NCBI GenBank assembly: GCA_963764715.1
Contig: CAVXTP010000026.1
Coordinates: 1-64,000 of the forward strand
DNA from: an uncultured Acidobacteriota bacterium
GTDB lineage: Bacteria > Acidobacteriota > Thermoanaerobaculia > UBA5066 > Gp7-AA6
Direction: 5' to 3'
DNA: 64,000 nucleotides
Shown here: positions 48,743-57,714 of the stretch, piece after piece
How positions within the stretch are numbered: position 1 is the first letter of the stretch
How the letters are laid out: each line of letters opens with the position of its first letter
The notes under the pieces: generated by a model
Databases searched by the model: none
What the model was told of the DNA's origin: nothing
The model's input: only the letters and a program-made list of their open reading frames with translations
Made by a program: the position numbers and the translations under genes

Positions 48743-49606
48743 ATGCCGTTCCGGTCCGGACTCGCCGCGCTCGCCGGCCTCGCCCTGGGCGCGGCGCTCA
48801 CCGCCGCGCCCGACGCTCCGGCCCCCGGCACCGCCTCGGGACGGTTCGAGGACCGGAAGTGGAAGCTCGAGCTCGCCGGCGCCTACGCCTTCCGGGACAA
48901 GACCCGGGGCACGGGCGACGAGGAACGCATCCAGGTCGCGGTGTCGAACACGGGATTTCTGGCTTCGGCGGTCGACGAGTACTACGACCGCGGCCACGCG
49001 ATAAGCACGCTCGTCGCCGACGAGGAGACGAAGGTCGTCTACTTCGAGTTCGACGACGCGGGCGGCTATCACGGGCTCTCCTACTACTTCGAGTCCGGCG
49101 TCGGCTGCGGCTGGTGCTACGACTCGAAGGTCAAGTCGACGGTGCGCGCCGTGAACGGGCGGCTGAAGGGCGATCTCTCGTACCGCGGCGACGACCGCTC
49201 GTTCCAGGTGACGCTCGACGTCCCGATTCCGCCGAAGGCCTGGGGCGACCCCCTGCCGCGCAACGGGGGCGATCCCGGGAAGGCTTACCTCGCGTGGTCC
49301 TCGGCCCTGGAGAAGCGCGACGAGAAGGCGTTCTATGCGCTCTCGGACGCCGACATGAAGAAGCGGTTCGACGAATTCGAGAAACAGGAACGGCTCGACG
49401 GGTGGCTCGACTACCGCTGGCACGACGAGCACACGGAACTGAAAACGATCCGGATCACCGGCGGCTTCGTCCGGGGCGACCGCGCCGTGGTCCTTTTCGA
49501 CGCCAGCAACTCCTACATCGACCACCTGCACGGCGAGGCGCTCCTGCGCCGCGAGGCCGGAGCGTGGCTCGTCCACGAAGACATGGTCGCGGTCGGAACG
49601 CGGTAG
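48743..49606 (+). CDS. Secreted hypothetical protein (domains A+B)
   Basis: GGAGG RBS, signal peptide, CGWC, GRLKGDL...LDVPI, DPGKAY...REAGAWLV. Confidence 0.8.
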   Translation: MPFRSGLAALAGLALGAALTAAPDAPAPGTASGRFEDRKWKLELAGAYAFRDKTRGTGDEERIQVAVSNTGFLASAVDEYYDRGHAISTLVADEETKVVYFEFDDAGGYHGLSYYFESGVGCGWCYDSKVKSTVRAVNGRLKGDLSYRGDDRSFQVTLDVPIPPKAWGDPLPRNGGDPGKAYLAWSSALEKRDEKAFYALSDADMKKRFDEFEKQERLDGWLDYRWHDEHTELKTIRITGGFVRGDRAVVLFDASNSYIDHLHGEALLRREAGAWLVHEDMVAVGTR

Positions 49607-49621
49607 GCCCCGCGTCGCGGG

Positions 49622-50269
49622 CTACAGCAGCCCGACCGCGCGGGAGGCGAGGACGGCGATGCACAGGAGCGAGATCATCGCCTGCACGATCGTCAGGAGC
49701 TTCGCCCACCGCGAGAGCACGGGCGTGTCGGTCGGCGAGAACGCGGTGCTCGTGCAGAAGGCGATGAAGAGATAGTCGACGAAGTTCGGCGACCAGGGCG
49801 GCCCGGGCGCCACCGGCGCCCCGTCCATCATCTGCGGGAAGAAGAAGGCCCCCGCGGTGTGCCCGCCCCGGCGCTCCCGGGCATGCGGCCCGCCGGCGTC
49901 CAGCCTCCAGTACCAGAGCGCGAAGACGAGGATGTTCGTCAGCCACAGGACGGCCGCCGACCGGAGCAGGGCCGCGGGCGGCTCGCGCTGGGTCGGCAGG
50001 ATCACGAGGAGCGACCCGAGGGAGGCCGCGAGCGCGATGGTCACGACGATGCTGATCGCATAGCCGAGGACCTTGTCGAGGAGGTGTCTTTGCGTTGCGT
50101 GCGCCACGAGCGTGGGAACGATCAGAACGGCGATGGCGACGGGCAGGAGCCACCGGGGACCGGGAACGAGGATGTCCGGGAGGGCGAGGGAGCTTCCGCC
50201 GAGCCCGATGATGGCGATCAGGACCGGCCAGCGGGCCTCGCGCTTCGAAACCTCGGTACGCCGAACCAC
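49622..50269 (-). CDS. DUF1345-like membrane protein
   Basis: FALWYWRLDAGGP, FFFPQM, W.PNFVDYL..AF..STAFSPTD. Confidence 0.8.
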   Translation of the reverse strand: MVRRTEVSKREARWPVLIAIIGLGGSSLALPDILVPGPRWLLPVAIAVLIVPTLVAHATQRHLLDKVLGYAISIVVTIALAASLGSLLVILPTQREPPAALLRSAAVLWLTNILVFALWYWRLDAGGPHARERRGGHTAGAFFFPQMMDGAPVAPGPPWSPNFVDYLFIAFCTSTAFSPTDTPVLSRWAKLLTIVQAMISLLCIAVLASRAVGLL

Positions 50270-50318
50270 GGGGAGAGAGCCTAGCAGGAGCGTCCGGGCG
50301 GCCCCGGGCGGCCCCGCG

Positions 50319-51104
50319 CTACGAGGCCGGCCGGTGGGACGGATCGCCCCGCGAGGAGCGGGGCCGCCGCGGCTCGAGGCGGCCGTGGAGGGCGAGCGCG
50401 AGGCCGGCCCGCTCCGGCAGCCCGAGGGGCTCGTGCCCGAGCTCCCGCGCCGCCCGGTCGCCGAAGAGCGCCGCGATCAGCGTGCCCTGGTCCTCGCGGT
50501 CGAGGTGGCGCGCGATGACCTCGCGGGTCCGGACGAGCGCGTGGGGCTCGAGCGCGGGGTTGCGCGCGCCGGCGAGACGCATCGCCGTGCCTTCCTGCAG
50601 GAGGATGTCGCGGAGCGTCTGCGGAGCGCCGCGCTGGAGGACCCAGGCGGCGCGGAAGACGCTCACGAGGACCTCCTCGCGGATCTCGGCGGGGCCGTAG
50701 GTCTCGCTCGCCCAGAGAACGGGCGTGATCCAGCCGCGCTTCTCGAGCGCGAGCTCGCCGCGCAGGTGCGACAGCTCGGCCGCGGCCCGGTGGGTCCAGC
50801 CGCCGCCCATGTCGTCCGCGACGATGAGACCGATGCGGTAGCTCCCCGGCTCGGCCGCGACCTTCGGCTCGACGTCCCGCACGGCCTGCGCGGCGGCCTC
50901 CTCGGCGCCCATCGCCAGCAGGAGCTCGACGTGGCGGAGAACGTGGTCCTTCGCCATCGGATTCATCACCGTCAGGGGCAGGCGCAGATCGCCCGTCGCC
51001 GGATCGAGCATGCGGTCGAGGTACTTGCGAAACCGGTCGGGCCCGCGCGGGATCCGGTAGATGTCGCGCTGGACGGCGAGCAGGGGCACGTGCTCGAGCT
51101 TCAT
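50319..51104 (-). CDS. Conserved-looking hypothetical protein
   Basis: MNPMAKDH, DDMGGGWT, LFGD.AA..LG; coding-like codon use. Confidence 0.7.
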   Translation of the reverse strand: MKLEHVPLLAVQRDIYRIPRGPDRFRKYLDRMLDPATGDLRLPLTVMNPMAKDHVLRHVELLLAMGAEEAAAQAVRDVEPKVAAEPGSYRIGLIVADDMGGGWTHRAAAELSHLRGELALEKRGWITPVLWASETYGPAEIREEVLVSVFRAAWVLQRGAPQTLRDILLQEGTAMRLAGARNPALEPHALVRTREVIARHLDREDQGTLIAALFGDRAARELGHEPLGLPERAGLALALHGRLEPRRPRSSRGDPSHRPAS

Positions 51105-51248
51105 CGGATCGGCTCATCCTCTCACGCCGATTCTCCTTGCAACTTCCCGGCCGGTTCGCTCGTAGCGAGACCGACGGCGGCGCCACGTGGCGGGTCACCC
51201 TGCGCGCGAAATACCGCCGCGCGGCCGCGCCCCGCTGACGCGGCGGCG

Positions 51249-51375
51249 GTGTCCGATTCCGGGACCCGGTTTCGCGAAAGCGGACACGGGTTCCGCGCCG
51301 AAGTCGTTGCTCCACCGGAACAACCGCCGCGTTTTCGCGTCTCTCGCATGGAGGGCCGGGTGGCACCGGGATTGC
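51249..51375 (+). promoter_or_regulatory. Sigma54 promoter with upstream inverted repeat (candidate enhancer)
   Basis: TGGCAC-N5-TTGC at 51361-51375; GTGTCCG...CGGACAC at 51249-51287. Confidence 0.7.
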
Positions 51376-51398
51376 CACGCACGCCCCCGGAGGTGACG

Positions 51399-53816
51399 AT
51401 GACGACGCTCGCGCAGGACATCCGATACGCGCTCCGCATGCTCCGGAAGAACCCCGGCTACGCGGCCGTAACCGTCGGGGTCCTGGCCCTCGGCATCGGG
51501 GCGAACACGGCGATCTTCAGCGTCGTCGACGCCGTGCTCCTGAAGCCGCTCCCCTATCCCGACGCGCAACGCATCGTCGTCGTCCCGCACGTTCCGCCGC
51601 AGGACATCTTCCCCGGCATGAAGACCTTCAGCGTGTCGCCCGCGAACTACTTCGACTGGAAGGCCCAGAACGACGTCTTCGAGAAGATGACGATCTTCGT
51701 GGGCGGCGGCATGACGCTGACCGGCTCGGGGCAGCCGGAGTCGGTGCCGACGGCCTTCGTCTCGGCCGAGTTCTTCGGCGTCCTCGGCGTGCGACCGCTC
51801 GCCGGCCGGCTCTTCGCCCCCGGCGACGACGAGGCCGGCCATCGCGTGGCGGTCGTTTCGGAGGAGCTCTGGAAGACCCGCTTCGGCTCGAATCCGGCCC
51901 TGGTCGGAAGCACCCTCCTCGCCGACGGCGAGCGCTACACCGTGATCGGCGTGCTGCCGGCCGGACGCGGGTTCCCCGAGGACGCGCGGCTCTGGGTCCC
52001 GCTGACGTTCACGGCCGAGGAGAGGGCGATCCGGGGAATTCACGACTTCCGGGTGCTCGCCCGCCTCAAGCCCGCGGCGAGCGTCGCCGGCGCGCGCGCC
52101 CGGATGGACGCCATCTCCGCCCGGCTCGCGGAGCAGTACCCCGCCGACAACAAGGGATGGGGGGCGACGGTCATCCCGCTCCACGAGGACCTCGTCGGCG
52201 ACGTGAGGCCCGCTTTGCTCGTGCTGCTCGGGGCGGTCGGGTTCGTTCTCCTCATCGCGTGCGCGAACGTGGCCAATCTCGTCCTGGCCCGGACGCTCGG
52301 CCGCCGGAAGGAGCTCGCGGTCCGCGCGGCCCTTGGCGCGAGCCGCGGCCGGATCGTGCGCCAGCTCTTCGCCGAGACGACGCTGCTCGCGCTCCTCGGC
52401 GGCGGGGCGGGGCTCGCGATCGCGGGCCTCGGCGTCCGGCTCATCGTCGCCGTCCTGGGCGGCGAGATGCCGCGCGCCGGCGAGATCCACGTCGGGGGCG
52501 CCGTCCTCGCGTTCACCTTCGCCATCTCCCTGCTGACCGGGGCGCTCGCCGGAATTCTCCCCGCCTGGCGGCTCACGCACGCCAACCCGAACGAGGCCCT
52601 GAAACAGGGCGGCCGCGCCGACGCGGACGCCGGGAGCCCGGCGCTGCGCAACTCGCTCGTCGTGGCGGAGGTCGCGCTGGCGCTCGTGCTGATGTTCGGC
52701 GCGGGCCTGCTCGTGCGGAGCCTCGGCCGCCTGCGCGGCGTCGATCCGGGGTTCAACCCGAAAAACGTTCTCGAGGCGCAGGTCGGGCTCCCGGACCCGA
52801 AGTACGCGGCACCGGAGGCGCGGCGGTCCTTCTACGATCGCGTGCTCGAGCGGGTGCGCGCTCTGCCGGGGGTCACGTCGGCGGCCGCGATGAACACGCT
52901 TCCGCTGACCGACGGCGGCTCGACCCAGCCGATCGCGCTCGAGGGCCGCTCCGCGGCCAGGATGTCGGAGCAGCCGGAGGTCGCCGTGCGCGTCTTCACG
53001 CCCGGCACGCTGAAGACGCTCGGCATCGCGTTGAAGAGGGGCCGCGACTTCACCGAGGCGGACACGGACAAGTCCCCGGCGGCGATCCTCGTCAGCGAGG
53101 CCATGGCGACGAAGTTCTGGCCGGGCGAGGACGCCGTCGGCAAGCGCCTGACCCTCACCTTCTACCCGGGCGTCGTGCGCGAGGTGGTCGGGGTCGTTGC
53201 GGACGTGAAGCTCCGGGGCCTCGCGAAGACGGCGCCGATCGCGGCGCTCTACCTCCCGTATGCCCAGATGCCGCAATTCTCGATGGCCCTCGTCGTGCGC
53301 ACGGCGCAGGACCCGGGGAGCGTCGGATCCGCGGTCGAGGCGGCCGTCCACGCCGTCGATCCGGACCAGGCGGTCGTCGACATGAAGACGATGGAGCAGC
53401 ACCTCGGGGCGTCGCTCGCCCACGCGCGGTTCAGCATGCTGCTCTTGAGCGTGTTCGCGGCGCTGGCGCTGCTCCTCTCCTCGATCGGGATCTACAGCGT
53501 CCTCGCCTACGCCGTGAAGCGCCGGACCCGCGAGATCGGGATCCGCATGGCCCTCGGGGCCGACGGCGGCGATCTCGTGCGCATGGTCGTTGTCCAGGGA
53601 ATGCGGCCGGCGTTGATCGGCCTGGCGCTCGGAATCGTCTCCTCCCTCCTGCTCGGGCGGCTGCTCGCGGGGCTCGTCTTCGGCATCGCGCCGACCGATC
53701 CGCTGAGCTTCGCGGCCGCCTCGGCCGTGCTCTCGGCCGTCGCCCTCGCCGCCTGCGCCGTGCCGGCCTGGCGCGCCACCCGGGTCCAGCCGACGGAGGC
53801 CCTGCAGGAGGGCTGA
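51399..53816 (+). CDS. ADOP-family ABC permease, no prefix domain
   Basis: GGAGG RBS; MTTLAQDIRYALRMLRKNPG, ACANVANL, REIGIRMALGA. Confidence 0.93.
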   Translation: MTTLAQDIRYALRMLRKNPGYAAVTVGVLALGIGANTAIFSVVDAVLLKPLPYPDAQRIVVVPHVPPQDIFPGMKTFSVSPANYFDWKAQNDVFEKMTIFVGGGMTLTGSGQPESVPTAFVSAEFFGVLGVRPLAGRLFAPGDDEAGHRVAVVSEELWKTRFGSNPALVGSTLLADGERYTVIGVLPAGRGFPEDARLWVPLTFTAEERAIRGIHDFRVLARLKPAASVAGARARMDAISARLAEQYPADNKGWGATVIPLHEDLVGDVRPALLVLLGAVGFVLLIACANVANLVLARTLGRRKELAVRAALGASRGRIVRQLFAETTLLALLGGGAGLAIAGLGVRLIVAVLGGEMPRAGEIHVGGAVLAFTFAISLLTGALAGILPAWRLTHANPNEALKQGGRADADAGSPALRNSLVVAEVALALVLMFGAGLLVRSLGRLRGVDPGFNPKNVLEAQVGLPDPKYAAPEARRSFYDRVLERVRALPGVTSAAAMNTLPLTDGGSTQPIALEGRSAARMSEQPEVAVRVFTPGTLKTLGIALKRGRDFTEADTDKSPAAILVSEAMATKFWPGEDAVGKRLTLTFYPGVVREVVGVVADVKLRGLAKTAPIAALYLPYAQMPQFSMALVVRTAQDPGSVGSAVEAAVHAVDPDQAVVDMKTMEQHLGASLAHARFSMLLLSVFAALALLLSSIGIYSVLAYAVKRRTREIGIRMALGADGGDLVRMVVVQGMRPALIGLALGIVSSLLLGRLLAGLVFGIAPTDPLSFAAASAVLSAVALAACAVPAWRATRVQPTEALQEG

Positions 53817-53835
53817 GCCCGGAATCTCCTTCCCC

Positions 53836-53850
53836 TGGCCCGACTTTTGC
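53836..53850 (+). promoter_or_regulatory. Sigma54-like promoter
   Basis: TGGCCC-N5-TTGC 30 nt before ATG 53880. Confidence 0.45.
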
Positions 53851-53879
53851 GATTAGCTCCCGGCGGAGACAATCGAGCC

Positions 53880-54596
53880 ATGCTGCTGAATCGCCGGGAG
53901 GCCGGACGCCTTCTGGCCCGCAAGCTCGCCGTCGAGGCGACCCGCGGCGACGCCGTGGTCCTCGGCCTCCCCCGGGGAGGCGTCCCGGTCGCCTACGAAG
54001 TCGCTCGCGCGCTCGGCGCGCCGCTCGACGTCTTTCCCGTGCGCCGGCTGACCCTCGCCTCGACCGGCGACGAGGTGCTCGGGGTCGTCGCCCCCGGCGG
54101 AATCCGAGTGTTCGACCGGGAGGCCCTGGCCCGACATCGCGTCTCGCGCGCCGAGCTCCACAAGGCCGCGGCTCGCGAGGATGTCGAGGTCGCCCGGCGC
54201 ATGCGCGACTACAAGGGGGGGCGCCCGTGCGAAAACGTCGTCGACAAGACGGTCGTTCTCGTCGACGACGGCGCCTCGACGGGGAGGACGCTGCGCGCGG
54301 CGATCCTGGCGCTCCACGAGCGGCGGCCGGCAAGAATCGTCGTCGCTGTTCCGACGAGCCCGGCCGGTGTCTGCGAGCTCCTGCGGCAGAGCGTCGACGC
54401 GGTCCATTGCCTGATGACTCCCGCGCCCTTCGAATCGATCGAACGCGGGTACGAGTTCTTCGCGCCCACGACGGACGGCGAGGTGCGAGAGCTGCTCGCG
54501 ATGGCCCGGGAGAAAAACCCGCGGCACGAACGCCTCGCCGAGCCCGGCGACTCGCGGCCGCCCGGTCCGCGGGGGCCGGCCCTCGGGCGCCTCTGA
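53880..54596 (+). CDS. Type I phosphoribosyltransferase family protein
   Basis: GLPRGGVPVA, VVLVDDGASTG, IVVAVP. Confidence 0.9.
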   Translation: MLLNRREAGRLLARKLAVEATRGDAVVLGLPRGGVPVAYEVARALGAPLDVFPVRRLTLASTGDEVLGVVAPGGIRVFDREALARHRVSRAELHKAAAREDVEVARRMRDYKGGRPCENVVDKTVVLVDDGASTGRTLRAAILALHERRPARIVVAVPTSPAGVCELLRQSVDAVHCLMTPAPFESIERGYEFFAPTTDGEVRELLAMAREKNPRHERLAEPGDSRPPGPRGPALGRL

Positions 54597-54603
54597 CGGG
54601 GAA

Positions 54604-55710
54604 CTACTCCTCCGCCATCTCCCCCTTCGCCTCCTGGTACGCCCGGTCGACCGCGGCGCGGACGAAGAAGTCGTCGAAGGCGGCCTGACGGCCGAAGTCG
54701 TCGCCCGCGAAGCCCGCGCGCAGAGCGTCGAGGTCGACCGTCTTCTGCGTCTCTTCGAGTGTCGCCCCGGCGCGGACGGCCGCGGCGACCTGCGCGCGGA
54801 GCTCCGTGAGGAGCGCCGAGACTCTTGCCGCATAGCTCCAGTCGTGCATCACCGGGCCGTGCCCCGGAACGATCGCGGCGGCGTCGATCGCCGAGAGGGC
54901 CTCGAGAGTCTCGATCCAGGCGGCGGGATGGCTGCCGTAGCCGTAGGGCGTCGGCGCCACGAGGAGGTCGCCCGTCACGACGACCCGGGCGTCCGGCACG
55001 ATCACGACGGCGTCGCCCGCGGTGTTTCCCTTCCCGAGGAAGGCGATCCGGGCGGAGCGCTTGCCGAGGTGGACGGTCAGCTCCTTCTCGAAAGTCAGCG
55101 ACGGGACGACGAGCGTGACCCCCGCGACTTCGGCGGTCTCGAGGTCGATGTCGGCGATCTGCTGGCGGAGGTAGGCCGAGACGTTGGCCGGAATCGGCGT
55201 GCCGTCGCGCCGCTTTCCGCCGTCGACGTACTGCCGCAGGCCCGCGGCGTACTCCCCGTCGATCTTCGCGATGTCCTTGACGTAGGCGACCTGCTTGTCG
55301 GCGATCTTGCGGCGGGTGAACTCGGTCGACACGAAGGTGATCCCGGGCCAGGCGTCGCGGAAGACCGCGTCGGCGACGATGTGATCGAGGTGCCAGTGGG
55401 TGTGGACGAGGTACCGCACGGGCTTGTCGGTGCGCTTCCGGATCTCCGCGACCATCCGGCGCGCGAGCGTCGGGAACCGGCCCGAGTCGACGACGAGGAC
55501 GGCCTCGTCGCCGATGACCGCCACGACGTTGCCGCTCGGGATCGGCCCGCTCGTCTCGGCGGCGATGAAGGCGACGACGCCGGGGGCGACCTCGACGGTC
55601 TGGAACTGGCGCCCGGGCGGGAAGTCGGCGGCGAGGCCTGCGGCGGCCCCGGCGGCCGAGAGCACCGCTGCGGCGAACAGGCGGCGGACGGAATGGCTCC
55701 GTTCGGGCAT
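54604..55710 (-). CDS. Secreted MBL-fold metallo-hydrolase
   Basis: AGGAGG RBS; THWHLDH, TGDL, PGHG. Confidence 0.9.
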   Translation of the reverse strand: MPERSHSVRRLFAAAVLSAAGAAAGLAADFPPGRQFQTVEVAPGVVAFIAAETSGPIPSGNVVAVIGDEAVLVVDSGRFPTLARRMVAEIRKRTDKPVRYLVHTHWHLDHIVADAVFRDAWPGITFVSTEFTRRKIADKQVAYVKDIAKIDGEYAAGLRQYVDGGKRRDGTPIPANVSAYLRQQIADIDLETAEVAGVTLVVPSLTFEKELTVHLGKRSARIAFLGKGNTAGDAVVIVPDARVVVTGDLLVAPTPYGYGSHPAAWIETLEALSAIDAAAIVPGHGPVMHDWSYAARVSALLTELRAQVAAAVRAGATLEETQKTVDLDALRAGFAGDDFGRQAAFDDFFVRAAVDRAYQEAKGEMAEE

Positions 55711-55728
55711 TGGTCCTCCTGCCTCTCG

Positions 55729-55753
55729 AACGAAGGAAGGCACCGTTTGTTTC
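55729..55753 (-). promoter_or_regulatory. ECF-like promoter of the MBL gene
   Basis: GAAAC-N16-CGTT just upstream of the RBS. Confidence 0.45.
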
Positions 55754-55774
55754 ACCGGGCGCCCGGCCATCTTT

Positions 55775-55850
55775 CAGACTTGCAGGCCCGGCCCCATTTT
55801 GCAGACCTTCAGGCCTGACCCCGTCCTGCAGACTTGCAGGGTCAGGCCCC
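55775..55850. repeat. Three imperfect 27-bp-period repeats, consensus CAGACTTGCAGGCCTGACCCC
   Basis: Copies start at 55775, 55802 and 55829. Confidence 0.7.
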
Positions 55851-56297
55851 TGCCTTGGCGCGGCGGTCGAGCTCCTCGGGGGAGACGTCCTCGACGTGGG
55901 TCGAAACGTTCCAGACGTGGCCCCAGGGGTCGCTGAACTGGCCGGAGCGGTCGCCGTAGAACTGGTCGGCCACGGGGCGCACAACCGTCGCGCCCGACGC
56001 GGTGGCGCGCCGGAAGACGTCGTCGACGTTCTCGACGTAGAGGTGGAGCATGACGGGCGATCCGCCGTACGCCTTCGGGCCGCGGAAGCCCAGCTCGGCG
56101 TGCTCGTCGGCCAGCATGATGCGGCCGCTCCCGATCCTGAGCTCCGCGTGGCCCACGCGGCCCTCGTGCTCGTGCCGGAAGACCTCCCGGGCGTCGAACA
56201 CCTTCTTGTAGAAGTCGATCGCCTTCCCGGCGCCGTCGACCGCCAGGTACGGCGTCGGCTCGCCGTTGCCGTCGGGTATCGGATTCACCTTCGCCAT
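55842..56297 (-). CDS. VOC/glyoxalase (PhnB-like) protein
   Basis: TPYL.V.GA..AIDFY, HAELRIG, DQFYGDR, DPWGHVW. Confidence 0.92.
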   Translation of the reverse strand: MAKVNPIPDGNGEPTPYLAVDGAGKAIDFYKKVFDAREVFRHEHEGRVGHAELRIGSGRIMLADEHAELGFRGPKAYGGSPVMLHLYVENVDDVFRRATASGATVVRPVADQFYGDRSGQFSDPWGHVWNVSTHVEDVSPEELDRRAKAGA

Positions 56298-56313
56298 GAC
56301 TCGACCTCCGTGG

Positions 56314-57714
56314 TTACTCTCCCACCATCACCTGGTATTGCTCGATCTTCCCGTCGGGCATGTCGCGCTCCCAGATCGCGAGCGTCCGCTTCTCGAACTT
56401 CGCCTCGAAGAGGCGAAACGTCATGCCGCCCCGGTCGCTCTGGCGGGTCTGTTTCACCTCGACGACCGGTCCGAGCGTCGCGAAGCCCGACGCGAAATCC
56501 TTCAGGGCCTCCGGGGTGAAGTAGCTGTTGGCGTTGGACGTGAAGAGCGAGCGGTCGATTTCGCCCTTCTGGAGACCTTCCAGGATCTGGCGGGCGCGCG
56601 CCTCGCGCACCGGGACGTTGTCGCCCGTGAAAAGGTCCGAGGCGATCTTCTTCGCGATCGTCTCGGAAGCGTCGATCGCATCCTGGTTCACGAGCACGGT
56701 GACCGCCGCCCGGTCGTCCGGAAAGATCACGTTCGTCGCCGTAAAGCCCGAGACCTCGCCGCCGTGTCCGATCGCGCGGTGGCCGTTGAGGCTCGACACC
56801 GAAACCCCCAGCCCGTACGCCGAGGCCACGCCGTTCGACAGGAGGACCGCCCGCTCCATCTCGGCGTAGGACGCCGGTTTCAGGAGCTTCTGGTCCATGA
56901 CGCTGATGTTCCACTTCGCGAGGTCTTCCGCCGTCATGGCGAGCTCGCCCGCGGCGAAGAGCCAGTTGTCACCCTCCTTGGGCGCCGGCCGCAGCGGCCC
57001 GAGACCGAAGCGCTGATAACCGACGGGATCGGACGCGGTGACTTTCGCCGCGTCGATGTCGAGGACGCTCTTCATTCCGAGAGGCCGGAAAATGCGCTCC
57101 TCGAGAAACGTCATCAGCGGCTTTCCCGACGCCTTCTCGACGATAACGCCCGCGACGACGTACGCCGTATTGCTGTACTGGTACTGGGAGCCGGGCGGAA
57201 AGTCGAGCGGCATCCTCGCCCAGCGGTCGAGGATCTTGTCGGCGGTCGTGGGCTGCTTCATGAAGGGCGGAACGTAGTCCTGGGGCCAGTAGTCCTGGTA
57301 GCCCGACGTGTGCGAGAGCAGCTGCCGGACTTTCACCTTCGAAGCGTCCGTGAGGTCCGGCCGGAAGCGCGAGACCGGGTCGTCGAGGGAGAGCTTGCCC
57401 TCCTCGGCGAGCATCAGGATCGCCGTGGCGGTGAACTGCTTGCTGACCGAGCCGATCGAGAAGCGCATCGACGGGGCTGCGGCCGTCTTCGGCTCGAGCC
57501 GGGCGTCGCCGACGGCCGCCGCGCAGGCGGGCTTTCCGTCGCGCACCACGGCGAACGAGGCTGCCGGCACGCCGGTCTTGCCCAGGATCTCCCGGGCCGC
57601 CTTCTCGGCGCCCGCGCAGAGGCCGGAATCCGCCTGCGCGGCGAGCGCCGCGGCGGCGAGGAAGAGGCCGGCGCCCGCCGCCGCCCGAAACGTGCCCCGA
57701 ATCTTCATGGTCAT
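56314..57714 (-). CDS. Secreted serine hydrolase (beta-lactamase family)
   Basis: FSIGSVSK, LLSHTSG, YQYSN, HGG; ATGA overlap with the upstream gene. Confidence 0.92.
   Translation of the reverse strand: MTMKIRGTFRAAAGAGLFLAAAALAAQADSGLCAGAEKAAREILGKTGVPAASFAVVRDGKPACAAAVGDARLEPKTAAAPSMRFSIGSVSKQFTATAILMLAEEGKLSLDDPVSRFRPDLTDASKVKVRQLLSHTSGYQDYWPQDYVPPFMKQPTTADKILDRWARMPLDFPPGSQYQYSNTAYVVAGVIVEKASGKPLMTFLEERIFRPLGMKSVLDIDAAKVTASDPVGYQRFGLGPLRPAPKEGDNWLFAAGELAMTAEDLAKWNISVMDQKLLKPASYAEMERAVLLSNGVASAYGLGVSVSSLNGHRAIGHGGEVSGFTATNVIFPDDRAAVTVLVNQDAIDASETIAKKIASDLFTGDNVPVREARARQILEGLQKGEIDRSLFTSNANSYFTPEALKDFASGFATLGPVVEVKQTRQSDRGGMTFRLFEAKFEKRTLAIWERDMPDGKIEQYQVMVGE

Noticed and set aside
50073-51398. 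Apparent 440-aa N-terminal extension of the last ADOP
   Set aside because: Overlaps minus-strand genes and the sigma54 promoter; real start 51399 has an RBS
55775-55850. Possible mini-CRISPR
   Set aside because: Spacers about 6 nt, degenerate repeats, no cas genes
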